The notes beneath the pieces were generated by a model that saw nothing but the letters and a program-made list of their open reading frames with translations, did not search any database and was not told where the DNA came from. Source: Phoronis australis (Eukaryota; Animalia; Phoronida). From it: a stretch of 64,000 nt of DNA. Where the stretch lies: contig NMRA01000389.1 in the NCBI GenBank assembly GCA_002633005.1, forward strand, positions 248,001-312,000. Direction: 5' to 3'. Below are positions 47,101 to 58,921 of this stretch, piece by piece (the first letter of the stretch is position 1; every line of letters begins with the position of its first letter). The position numbers were made by a program, and so were the translations under genes.

Positions 47101-50100
47101 TTATTTTTGGCCTGTTCTGTATGTAGCTTTTGTGTAAATTTTAGAGCCGTGAAGAACATCTCGAGATTCAGTTGGTGTTTGGTACTGTGTTATTAGAGTG
47201 TTCCTGTCAAATCGCAATTATTTGAGTTGTGTAATGAATGATTTCTGCAAATGACTAGGTCTTAATGGTGTCCAGTTGTACTGTATGTTGAGGAAGATGA
47301 AGCTGAACCAGTCTTAATAACCATTGTCTTCTATTTAAGTGGGTAACTTCACAGAGCAGTAAAATTAAGAATTTCTGAGCAAAGATTTCTAGTTGACCTC
47401 CAGTGTAGCTTTGGAAATAACACAGTATTTTCATCTTACCAGTGCCTGATGAGTTCACCTTTGACCCTGTTTCTAAGACGTATGGTGCTCCTGAGAGACG
47501 ACCTGAAATTCGATCGGCTACTGTTGAATTCATCGCTCCATCAGAATATATGGTAAGACACGCTTAGTGGAATGTCACACATTAATTACGTAATAGAAGT
47601 CCCAATTCACAGAAATCAGCTTCGTAACATCAGAGGTACACATTTGTTAGAAAGTCAGAGGAAGATGTATGATTAATTAAATCTTAACAATAACAGAATG
47701 ATAACAATAGCGTGCTGTAATTTTCAGTTACGTCCTCCTCAACCGGCGGTGTACTTGTATGTGTTGGACACGTCTTTCTCTTCAATAGAAACTGGTGAGT
47801 CTGCGGTACTTGTTGAGTAGGGAAAATGTGTCCCTAAGTAATTTGCTGAATTGTCCGTAGTAACAAATATCGTGTTGTATGTCGTTGTTTCGAATGAAAA
47901 GGCTTGGCTCAGGGTTTCGTAGATTAGTTTCTAATTGATGACCTGTTGCTCAATTTTTTGATTTTGGGATAACTTTAATCGGTACTGCTACCCTTCAAGG
48001 CAGTGTGATACTTTTGCCTTATAACATTGTGAGAGTATAAAATTGTCTTTGGCTTGACCCTATTTCTCATTCTAGTGTGCAAGACAGTTTGAGTTGACAA
48101 GGAAGAAATGCAATTTCTTTCATTCATGGAAATTTGATGATGTTGAACATCTTTGTGTTAATTGGTTGAATATCCCACTGGACAACAGTGACAATTTGAC
48201 AACATGATAGATTTATAAAAATGGTAAAAAATTTCCCCACTGTTTATTAATCCATACAATTGTAGAGGGCTAGCGACAAGGTGGGAAATGACTAATGGTG
48301 GTGTCTGGAAATTTGTATCATTAATCAAAGTTCTTGCCAATCAATTTTCTTTGTTGTGTTATGATTTTGTAAAGTTCTGGGTAAAGCAAAGCAGTAACAA
48401 GAGTCAAAAATGGTCAAAATGTTGGTTGTTAAGTTTTCTTGTACATTTTTAGGTTATCTGCAATGTTTTTGCTCCACATTGTTGGAGGAGTTGGACAGAA
48501 TGCCTGGTGATGGAAGAACAAAAATTGGATTCATTACATTCGACAGTGCTGTGCGGTTCTATAACTTGTCTGAAGGACTGTCAGCTCCGCAGGTGCTGGT
48601 GGTGACAGACATTGATGGTGAGGAATTTTGTTCCCTCGTTAACGAAATTTCATGTTAATTTTATTGTAAAGTGTTTGTCTTAAAAATGGATTCAGTGCTA
48701 ATGTATAGATCTTTTAGTCTTTTTCTATGGCTGTCCATGTGTGTATACAGTGTATTTCAGACGCAAATGATCTCTTGAGCAAATAAGTTTTAAACATGTT
48801 CCCTTGGTTCCAAAAAGTATTTTTCTGTCTGGCATTGTCCAGCCACTGATTATCCTTGTGGAATTATTTCTGAAAAATTGAAAAAGCTCAGTGATTACAG
48901 GTAGTGGTAACTGTTAATGAGTGGTTCTCTTCTCATGAGTATAATAAGTTTCGCCTTTTCGTGTAACAGATTCCATGAATACATCGAGAGCTGCGTTATT
49001 TTCAGATGTGTTCATACCTAGTCCGGAGGGGTTACTCGTTAACTTTAACGAGTGTCGTGACCTAGTGGTTGACCTGCTGAATGAGCTTCCCAGCATGTTC
49101 CAAGGAAATAAGGAAACCTACAGTGCCACTGGGGCTGCACTACAGGCAGCCATGAAACTCATGGTATCTATGCAAAACTTAAGTTTATTGTTAGAGAAGC
49201 TAATAGCAGTTGTAAAGGTCTTAATTAAAGACGACGTTTTAAGACATTAAAGCCTGGTTCTGTTGTTTTGGTCAGATGTACGTAGCATCAGTCAGAGTGA
49301 AGCCTTGGTGATATCCTCACTCTTTGGCCTTGTAATTTCAGACTCCTACAGGAGGGAGACTTACATTGATGCAGGGTTGCTTGCCCAATGCTGGGCCAGG
49401 GTTGTTAAAGGCACGGGAAAACCCCAATGAACGTGCTGGAAAGGTAATGATTAGTAGTATACAATTTCTGACAAAATTGTATGAATGGAGGAGATTCAAG
49501 GTATCAAGCCCACGGTGGGTTCCTGCATTACGATATTCTTTATGTTAGAAATTTTCTTCAAAATCAACCCTAATTATAACAATCAAAATGTGACCCTTTG
49601 GGCTGATAAATATTTGAGAAATTATTATCGCCATCATTAGCTCATGTTATTTTTTGGTAAATATAGATCTTTAGTTGTTTTTGACAAAAAAATTCATTTT
49701 TCAGCACAGATATTTTTCTAAATGAGCTGTTTTGGTAGCCACAGTAAACTGAGTTTCAAGTAGTGCATGTATTGGGTTGATTTTCATAAGTTCTTTCAGA
49801 CGTCTTAGAGAGATTTCTATGCATTTCTGTGAAATAATCCTGAAACACATTTTCTTGCAGAATATTGTTAATTTAGGGCCAGCCACAGACTTTTACAAGA
49901 AGTTGGCCTTAGATTGCTCTGCTCAACAAATAGCTATAGACACATGGTTTTTAAGTGGACAATTTCTGGATGTCGCCACTGTTGGTAAGTCTTCAGAAAC
50001 ATTTCCTTTTATAACAACCATTAATTTAGTAACAACGCTATTGTATATAAACTGAGTCATTTTATCGCATGCGATTATCTGTCCAGTTTTTTCTGTGATG

Positions 50101-53100
50101 CCACGCTGCCTGTCTCAAATTCCTGATTTGGTAATGTGAAGTGAAGCTGTCTTTTATGGTGCTTCAGATGCAACAACACCGTTTTGTCATTCAGTTTAAG
50201 CTCATTTCTGCCTGTTTTTGAAAAACTCAAAATATTGTGGATGTCTTGTGTGTGGCCATGAAGAATTATCATTTCACTGTTAGTTTAGAGCACATTTTTA
50301 CCTTAAGTTATATCGACCGGTCTGTACATTTAGCAAAATATCTATAAATTAGAATTTAACTCGACAAAAGTATATTTTTTCTGAGGGTAGAAATTCTGGA
50401 GAATTCTTTGACTGTATTCCAATTTGACGTTATTTTGGTCACATGACCATTCTTTTTTAGGAAAATTTAGAAACTAAGATACATTCATAGCTAAACAACA
50501 AGATCAATAGCATGGCCCAATTTCTTGATGTAAATATTCAAAATAAAATCTCGAAAATCATGTTACAGTTTTCTAAATTATAGTTTCGTTTTCGATTCAT
50601 ACAACTTATTTTTTTCATAAAAATCACACAAGTCCCATTTTTGACAGCCCCTCAAGCAAAAGTGGAACATTTCAAAAACAGTTCCAAACAGCGTTTTGTA
50701 GAGCAGTGCATGAAACATAGTATCTCACAGTTTTGTGGTAATCCGATGAGACATTTCTGAGATACGATGTTCCGAAGTTGGCCAAAATTGGACGTTTTCT
50801 AGGGTCCTGCATACCCTTAATCAAACGTAGGCTGCAGATTTAAGTTTTGAATAAACTTAACAGAAGAAAGAGGGAGTTTGCATTAATCTTCTTGTTTAGG
50901 ATGCGCATCAAAGTATTCCGGGGGCTGCTGTTATCATTACCCTGGAATTCATCACATTCAAAACCCAGCCGAAATGGAGCGGTTTGAGAACGACTTGAGA
51001 CGGTACCTTACCCGTAAGATTGGATTTGAGGCAGTGATGAGAATTAGATGTACAAAGGGTGAGTGGTGATTCTGTGGCAAAGTGTTGTTCTCTTGTCCTG
51101 CACACAGTCTGGCATACACTGCAGAGAACACTTCTTTCCACATGTCCTGCCGAACGTGACTTGTCTTTCAGGTTCTGAGGTGACCATCACTTCATTTTTG
51201 AAGGTTTCCGCAGAATATGTCTTGGACATTACATGCAAAATTTCTCTGTATCTGCAAAATTACTTGCATTCAATAGCCGATTTGATGATATTTTATCCAT
51301 TGCTTTCTGAAAATATCACCGAGCCCCCTCCCGCAGGAGTTTAATATACACTCTTTTAATGTATGTGAAGATGACAGGTCACAGGTGGCTGTCTCTGTGG
51401 AAATGCGTAAGAGTTGGCACTGCTTTCACAAAGTCATCCTGTCATAATAATTCTGATAATTGTTAAATGCATTATTTCAAAGAATGTGTTGGGAACATGA
51501 CTATGTATGATGTATTGAAATGAATATTTTCTGATCTATTGCAGGTTTGAGTATTCACACTTTCCATGGAAACTTCTTCGTGCGGTCCACTGACCTGCTG
51601 TCCCTGCCTAACATCAACCCTGACGCTGGCTTTGGTATGCAGATATCTATTGAAGACTCTTTGATGGAGTATCCAACTGTCAGTCTCCAGGCAGCATTAC
51701 TTTATACGTCTGGAAAAGGTAGGCTGTGTTGTTTTATTGATTTTATTAAAAGCCTTGTGCACAAGACTTAATAAAGTTTTATGGTATGAGGAAATACCTT
51801 TCACTGAGTGGTGGTGTTTTGACTTGGTGTATCGATCCTGTCACTTTGTAGAGTTGGCCACAAGTGATCAATGTCATGTGTTTTATTGAGAATTTGTTTT
51901 GCTTTACTCTGTCATAAGTAATATGTTTTCTAAACTGGTATAATCAAGTGATGAATTTCAAGAACTGTAAGCTTATATTTTTCATTTGAAATGTTACAGG
52001 GGAGCGGCGAATTAGAGTACACACTCTATGTTTACCTGTAACCAACCAGATGTCAGAAATACATGCAAATGCTGATCAGCAAGCTGTCACTTGTTTGCTG
52101 GCCAAAATGGGTGAGTATTAGGGTCTGGATATACATTGTAATTCATTAAACCATCAGGTGTTTCAACAATTCAGACAAGAGAATTCTAAGCAAAAGTTAT
52201 GTCACCGAGGCATTTGATTGTTTATTCTAAAATAAACATTAAATATTTATAAATTATTTTCATTGTTGTATGATTTGACATCTTACTGTTGCTTTCTGAA
52301 GTTTGCTGTTTTAAATGTGTTTATCAAGGCAGCAATTGAATACAAATATTAATAATGTGCATGGTAGCTCATTACAATCTATTTACTCACTTAAATATAT
52401 TTGATTATAAGTTAAAAGAATTGGCTACATTCGTCACTGAGAATCTGGGATTTTCTTTGAAGACCCTTTAGTTCAAGAACTCTACTTTCAAAAATGAATT
52501 CATCAGCATTCCTTGAAAAATATGAAAATCTTGATTTTCTATAGCCAACCCCTTACGCTAAAATTCCTTAAAAGAAAATCCACAACGACTTTTTATAGCT
52601 GATAGATTAAAGAAACAGAATTTGCAAGTTTCGGGGTAAAACTTGTGTTTGTGGAACAAACGGCAATCTCTGAAAAGTTCCAAGATAACAAACATGTGCA
52701 TTGCTTTGAGCACATGATAAAATTTTGAGGTCATCAAGAATTATGGGGTTCTACTAACCCTTAAAAGTCATTGCCAACAAAGGGGTAGTCTGTTACTTTA
52801 ACTCGTGAACCAAGTGTTCACTCAGGAGTTGATGTTATTGACTAATTTCACTTCTTGTTTTCAGCTGTGGACAGATCGCTATCATCGTCATTCAGTGATG
52901 CCAGGGATGCCATGATTAATGCCTGCGTCGACTCTCTTAGTGCATTTGGTGAAACCCTGTCATCATCTCAGAGAGTTGGAGGTCTGTCGGCCCATCATGC
53001 TCTTCGCTTGCTGCCAGCATACATTTTGGCACTGTTGAAGAGTGTAAGTCATTATAGCATACATTTTGGCACTGTTGAAGAGTAAGTCATTATAGCATAC

Positions 53101-55720
53101 ATTTTGGCACTGTTGAAGAGTGTAAGNCCTTGTCCTGTGGGAGAGAAGCAGTCATGGTGGTAGAGTCAAGGTGGATGCCATAAATGGTGATGGAGGTGGT
53201 CGGCTGAATTGTCTTGTCGTGGTTGATAGGGATGCCTAGAGAGTCGCAGAGCGATATGAATGAGGCGAGGTCCCGGGATAGAGATATCAATAAAGGACTT
53301 TTGTACAGATTTGTATAAGGATTTCTATACAAATTGAAAAAATGAATTTTGTATAAATTTGAGTAAGTGAGTTTTATATGGATTTAAATGTAGTCTTGCA
53401 GTACGTGTCCTTTGTTTGCACCTTGTTCATATTTTCATTTTTATTGTCTGATGATTCTCAACAGATTTTCCAAACACTTTGTTGTCATATATAACCTTTG
53501 TTAGTTATTTTTATTTGGTAGAGTTGTGTGTTTTGTTTGATCATCATTTCCGGAAAAGCTTAATAATATCGCCAAAATTTGTAATTTAGAGTTTAGACTT
53601 TGGAAACGACTATTGTCTCTTGTTTTAATTGATATTTGCCTGAACTTAATATGTCACGTTTTGCTTAAATTTTAATGATTCAATTGAAAGGTGGCCTTCA
53701 GGATTGGTACTAGCACTAAGCTGGACGATCGTGTGTATGCAATGGAGCAATGCAAGAACCTACCACTGCAATACTTGATGTTGAAGTTGTATCCCAGCCT
53801 GTATCCTGTACATGCTCTGGATCAAGTGGTAAGAGACATTAGGTGTAGATATACCATGTGGTCATAAGTGAATTGGTCTGATGTTTTTGCTAATTGATTT
53901 TCAGTGAGAAAATTCTTATTATTTGTCTTTAAAACTGATACATTTTGCTTTTCATTTAATGTGAAATATCATTTACTTGCATTGATAAGATTATCTCAAC
54001 ACATGTTATTACCTTGCGCTATTCATTGTATTATGATGGAGACTCGTTTCCTATCAAAAGAGGTCCCTAGTTGAGGTCTGTAGTTGTACTAGAGTAACAT
54101 ACAACAGTGGTCACAGCAGATGAAACGTTAATTGACCGCAGTTTGAAAATAGCCACTTTGCTTATCTGATACACCTGACTGTAGCCACCATCTCCAATGG
54201 GAAATTTCTATTATTTTTTGACATGCTTTCGCCTGATTGTGAAGCTTTTCTTTTACAAGATAAACACTTATCGTTTCCATTGAATTGTCTAAATTTTTGC
54301 GACTTGCTGATAAATGCCAGTTTTCACTGAGTGACGTCTAATGAATATGGCTTTGGAGAAGTTGAACTTATTGTGATTTATAACTGTTTGTATTCTCTAT
54401 TATTTTCGGTTCATCACAGACTAATTGTTTGTCCATTGCTTTCACAGAGTGCTGACACTAAAGGCGACAATATTGTACCCAAGCTTCAGTTGCATCTGTC
54501 CTCTGCTTATCTGGATCGTCATGGAGCTTATGTGCTCGACGTCGGCGACGCCTTGTATTTGTGGATAGGTGGCGCTATTAGTGACGTGTTTGTGCAACAA
54601 GTATTTGATGTGCCCAACTTCATGTCCATTCAAGATGGCATGGTATGTGTTCGTGGACAAGAGTACGTGACAACACAATGAAACGTCTAGTTCATCATCT
54701 TGTTTAAGCTCAGCAGTGTTCACTTAAAGAGTAGAACTTGTATGGTGAAATTTGAAAGCATTTTGGCATGTTTTTCCTTAGAAGTGGAAAATTGTCAAAA
54801 CAATGCAGCTCTTGGTGATGAAATGGTTTCAGTAATTAATTAGGTGAATGGGTTCTACCTTCAGTAACATTGATTTGATGACTTATCTAAACAATCTGTT
54901 TGATAATGTGTTACTTCTAGCACTTCTCAGTTTTAATGTATTGCTTTGTACATTACAAAACTTTGTAAAGCTTTTGCAATCTAAAAAGCATAATTTTCCT
55001 TCCAGAACGAATTGCCTGAGTTAAATAATCCGTTATCAGAAAATCTTCGTGCATTGATTTGCTACTTACAAGATCAACGTCCGCATTTTGCCAAGCTGCA
55101 AGTGATCAGGTAAGCTATTCCATGTACCTTGATGGTCACATTAATTGATCAGAGTTCCTCATTTCTGAACTTAGAAACCTTTAAGGAGCATTTCATGAAA
55201 CCTCAAAAGTGGCTCGTTAGAAACTTTATATTCGTCCTGTTATTTTTTTTTTTGTTCGACAGACTTGTACTTGTCTACTGATTGAAAACCATTCCAAATA
55301 CATTCGTGCCAGTCCAGGAATGATGTAAACCACACCACTGTCTGCAATAGCTTCTATTGACTATTCTTTAGCTGTAGAACTGTGTCTTACTTTAGACATG
55401 TTTTGTGCGTAACTGCTGCTTTTGGTATATGGTTTTCAGAGTTTATTTAGTAGGTGTATACTTATGAGTATCTAATGTTTATTCATGTGCTATTGATTAA
55501 AACTGAGAACTTAGTGTCATTCAGTTTTTATTGTAAAGAATGATCCCATTCAAGTTGAACTGTATCAAACAGGTGATAAGTGAGTGACTGTTATGTAATG
55601 TGTTGCAGGGACGACAGTAGGAGTAGGATGCTGTTCCTTCAATATATGGTGGAAGACAGAAGTGAATCAGCCATGTCATACTATGAGTTCCTACAGCATA
55701 TTAAGAAGCAGGTCAAGTAG
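40679..55720 (+). CDS. SEC24: Protein transport protein SEC24 (SEC24A/B class), COPII inner-coat cargo adaptor, about 1,215 aa
   Basis: About 21 phase-consistent exons. About 470-aa Pro/Gln/Gly-rich N-terminus, [18 protein letters not shown], zinc finger [22 protein letters not shown], trunk domain, [45 protein letters not shown], gelsolin-like domain, [23 protein letters not shown]. Motifs match SEC24A/B rather than C/D. Confidence 0.97.
42405..42770. mobile_element. Fold-back MITE-like element in SEC24 intron
   Basis: gtggaaataactccttggccatgcctctgaattcca is mirrored by tggaatttagaggactggccatggagttgtttccac; same family as 26745-27036. Confidence 0.7.
42882..42974 (+). CDS. SEC24: SEC24 exon (alternative end 42965)
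   Basis: ccag|[27 protein letters not shown](SKP), phase 1-1. Confidence 0.7.
43239..43813 (+). CDS. SEC24: SEC24 exon with PPLGGPA repeats
   Basis: [10 protein letters not shown]...GRRVYPQM|gtaatt. Confidence 0.88.
44925..45146 (+). CDS. SEC24: SEC24 exon (Gln-rich)
   Basis: [13 protein letters not shown]...[11 protein letters not shown]|gtatgt. Confidence 0.85.
45529..45644 (+). CDS. SEC24: SEC24 exon
   Basis: [17 protein letters not shown]...KKVNCSP. Confidence 0.92.
45947..46049 (+). CDS. SEC24: SEC24 exon
   Basis: [34 protein letters not shown]. Confidence 0.96.
46554..46680 (+). CDS. SEC24: SEC24 zinc-finger exon
   Basis: [42 protein letters not shown]. Confidence 0.96.
46671..46748 (+). 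repeat. 39-bp tandem duplication spanning a SEC24 donor site
   Basis: gttaatgaaagta(c/t)gtatgaccacttgtttactttcact x2. Confidence 0.95.
47443..47552 (+). CDS. SEC24: SEC24 exon
   Basis: [36 protein letters not shown]. Confidence 0.96.
47728..47794 (+). CDS. SEC24: SEC24 exon
   Basis: [23 protein letters not shown]. Confidence 0.95.
48453..48617 (+). CDS. SEC24: SEC24 exon
   Basis: [31 protein letters not shown]...VVTDID. Confidence 0.96.
49006..49163 (+). CDS. SEC24: SEC24 exon
   Basis: [13 protein letters not shown]...[11 protein letters not shown]. Confidence 0.96.
49342..49443 (+). CDS. SEC24: SEC24 exon
   Basis: [34 protein letters not shown]. Confidence 0.95.
49861..49984 (+). CDS. 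SEC24: SEC24 exon
   Basis: [41 protein letters not shown]. Confidence 0.96.
50900..51058 (+). CDS. SEC24: SEC24 exon
   Basis: CASKYSGG...[21 protein letters not shown]. Confidence 0.96.
51545..51718 (+). CDS. SEC24: SEC24 exon
   Basis: [29 protein letters not shown]...[10 protein letters not shown]. Confidence 0.97.
52000..52110 (+). CDS. SEC24: SEC24 exon
   Basis: [36 protein letters not shown]. Confidence 0.96.
52865..53043 (+). CDS. SEC24: SEC24 exon
   Basis: [19 protein letters not shown]...[14 protein letters not shown]. Confidence 0.95.
53016..53126 (+). repeat. About 40-bp tandem repeat (at least 3 copies) spanning a SEC24 donor site, ending at an N
   Basis: agcatacattttggcactgttgaagagt(gt)aagtcattat x3. 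Confidence 0.95.
53128..53290 (-). mobile_element. DIRS/Ngaro-type retrotransposon RT fragment
   Basis: [47 protein letters not shown] matches the LGxxxNxxK..P..GxxLDS.xM..SLPxDK pattern of tyrosine-recombinase retrotransposon RTs. Confidence 0.75.
53691..53828 (+). CDS. SEC24: SEC24 exon
   Basis: [18 protein letters not shown]...[14 protein letters not shown]. Confidence 0.94.
54448..54642 (+). CDS. SEC24: SEC24 exon (gelsolin-like domain)
   Basis: [42 protein letters not shown]. Confidence 0.94.
55006..55109 (+). CDS. SEC24: SEC24 exon
   Basis: [34 protein letters not shown]. Confidence 0.94.
55609..55720 (+). CDS. SEC24: SEC24 last coding exon
   Basis: [36 protein letters not shown]. 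Confidence 0.96.
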
Positions 55721-58700
55721 ACACACTGACAAATTTAGTGAGAAGTTGGTGGCCAGTCTACACAGGCTGCTGGGACTTTACTGCATGGTTGCAATCATGA
55801 ACTCTTAAAAGGGGAATAATGTGTATTTTGAATTGACAACCTTGTAGTAATCTGTAATTAAAATGACACTTTGTAAAGTGCGCCCCGCGACAAGGTTCCT
55901 TTAAAGTTGCAGTTTGCTTACTGTAACATTAGAGGATATGCTCAAAAGCAAAAATGATTGACTATATAGTCTTATTTAGTCCCTTTTGTGAGGCTAGGAT
56001 GTGAGGTCTTGCATGGGAGGATGGTGTCAATAACTTGTTAAGGGTATCATAATTACTGAAGGAAACAATTGTTAATATGTAGATATATGCGTACTGTAGC
56101 AAGCAAACTCAACCAATTGTTTTAATGGGTAGAGAAATGACAGAATGGCTGTTGATTCAACAATTTCTTTATTGTATGTTGCACGTTTACTACTTTGGTA
56201 AATGAAGTTTGTTGAAAAATTACTTGCAACTTGAAAGTGAAGAAAAGCAGTCTGTATAACAAACAGTGCCTCTGAGGGCTTGTACTGTATGCAGTTATGG
56301 GTCTGTTAGGTTGGAAAGTTTCAAAAGAATCAGAACTCCAGATATAAGTTTTCAAACACTCAAATTTCAAATGAAAAACGATGAAATGAACTTTTATTAT
56401 TGGGAAAGTCACTAAGATTTTAATTGTTTGTTTGGATTCTTTCACTGTTAACAGCTCTGAAACTGTAGCCAAGATATTAGATGTACGGTTTGACAGAAAA
56501 CGGCCTGTATTGGAAAACTAGTTAAATGTTACAAAATTCCACGGGCGTCAGTTGCAGATCAACTGTGAACTCTGCCAGTAGCTCTTTCGAGTGTTGACTT
56601 GGCTATGACTCTGCGCGGTCTGTACTTGGGTTGTCTTAGTTTTCACAGGGCATATTGGTCTAGAAGACATTCTGGTGTAAATTAAATGTTGAAGATGTTA
56701 TTTTACTTTCTATTTCTTATCTTCCCTACTATTTGATACGATACGTGCAATTATTTATTTTAATTCGAATACAATGTAAATAAAGCCACAAGGGTGCATC
56801 AGTTCAAACTGGCAATTATTCAACTCTAGGCTCTGCTAAGTTGCAATTTTTACACACATAAAGTTGTGCACAGAAATGGAGCACTGCATCATACAGCCTA
56901 AGCCTTAAAGACATATTTGCATGCTCCTAAGTACGCTCACGTATAGCAGGAATTAAAGGACAATGCTATTTTAACATAATCTACACTAAACAAAGTGCAC
57001 TTGTATTCATAGACTACTTGTAAATGTGAAAACAAAAAAATCTCTAAATAGGTGTACTCTGCACTAATGACCTACCTCACAGGCTCGCATCGTGCAGTGT
57101 TATTCCCCAGCACGTCAAGTTACATACTGGACATGGTTCAATGATTTGCGACGGATCATTTTCACCACAAAAGCTTGTTCTTAAAAAAATGGCAGTTTTC
57201 AACCTACTTAGTTCATATTCATATTGTCACTATATTTTGTGTTTCGTATTTTGTTTTCTCTTAACCCAAATGATCTGTGCTGGTTTTTAATGATCATCAA
57301 ATGAACAAGAGCGTGTGAATATAAAAGGCTTTTATTTTGCCACAACAGAGGGAGGAAAACAAAGAATAATATAAATGAAACTGTCCCATACAAATTATTT
57401 GAAAGTAATTCTTCACTACTGTCATTTCTCATTATTTTATAGATAGAAGTGATGTTGTCATGCTTTTAAATTAATTCCTTTTTGCCAAAAAAATTAAAAA
57501 CCGAACCCCCAGCAAATCGTATGAAAGATCATACCATAGTGGAAAATAATCCCTCTAATGGCAAACCTTAGTGATCTTTATTACTGTTTGCATGAATTAT
57601 ACACACTAAAAGTTGTAATTAGTTGGCAACAGTCAGCGTTGCTGAGCAGAAACCCAGGCAAATCGTCCAGCATGTGGTTGGGCTTGCCATTATCTTCACA
57701 TTCAAGATCACCAGGAATTGTCCATAACAATCCCAAAAGCATACAAAATGAATGCCGACAGGGAGAGGGTCAATGACAGACTTATTTTCAAAATGTCAAT
57801 GAATATTATTGATAAGAAAACGATTTTTGGAACTGCTTTTTAAGGAGGAGACGGGGTCTGCCAATATCTGTTTTGTTAGCTTTTGATTAAGAAAATCTCT
57901 TAAATTAGTATCCATGGGAACCAGAAACAGAATTATGTTGAAATGTGATGGCTTGTAGCTGGTGCTAGAAAGCTTTTTTCAAAACAGAATTGAGCATATT
58001 TTCCAACAGAATTTAATGAGTTATTAGTGCAGTCTATAAATTAAGGCTCAAAGTGGTTCTGTAAACTATTGTACAGGGGTGTAACTACATTTTTATCTTG
58101 GAAGTTTTAAAAACAAGTTGTGCAACATTGCTACCAATCAATGATCCACAACTTTCCCCTTCCAAGCCTAATCAATCCATCTTAACATTACACCCCAACA
58201 TACCAAATGCCCCGCTGTGACACATATGCAAAGACTGTCATGTCAAAATTTCACCATCCCATGTGTGAACAATGGGTTTCTCTAACACCTCTTAACGCAT
58301 GTCAAAATGTGAAGGCTTACTACAAAATGCAAACCCATCAAAAAATCTTGCTATAAAACATTTCCTATTATCCTCCATATAATTGTATATTTGACCACTT
58401 AATCTTCTATTGGGACTCACACGAATTTTCGGACATCAAATTCGCATTTAACCGTTTCTTTTTTGGTCAAATTAGACTAGGTGCATAACAAAAACTGCAT
58501 AAAATGGGTGATAATACAAAAAGACGTGACTTGGGCATCACATCCCACACAAGTCCTTGTGAAGAAGGTTGTTATTTCGGTCCCTGACAAACTGCCATGA
58601 AGACGCACGCCATCCTTGAATATCAACACTACTGCCCAAGAACAATCCGTCTCATTCTTGAGTCAACGTTAAAGGGAATAAACCAAGAGGAGTCTGAGTA

Positions 58701-58804
58701 AGTAACCAAATAAAACACTATTAGCAATCATTAATGAGACTATTGGAAGATTGAATGCTTCCATACAGTGTGTAGTCCTGTTATTACGTATCATTGGACG
58801 ACGA

Positions 58805-58921
58805 TCACTTGATGTACTGCGCCAGCCAACGAAATCCTTCCCCATAGCCCTGTCTCTTGAGCACACTACACATAAATATTTCCATTGGTCGTGATGATAG
58901 TTCATTCAAAGGCACTATTCC
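58805..58921 (-). CDS. SAR1: SAR1 last coding exon
   Basis: [38 protein letters not shown]. Confidence 0.97.
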   Translation of the reverse strand, partial: GIVPLNELSSRPMEIFMCSVLKRQGYGEGFRWLAQYIK

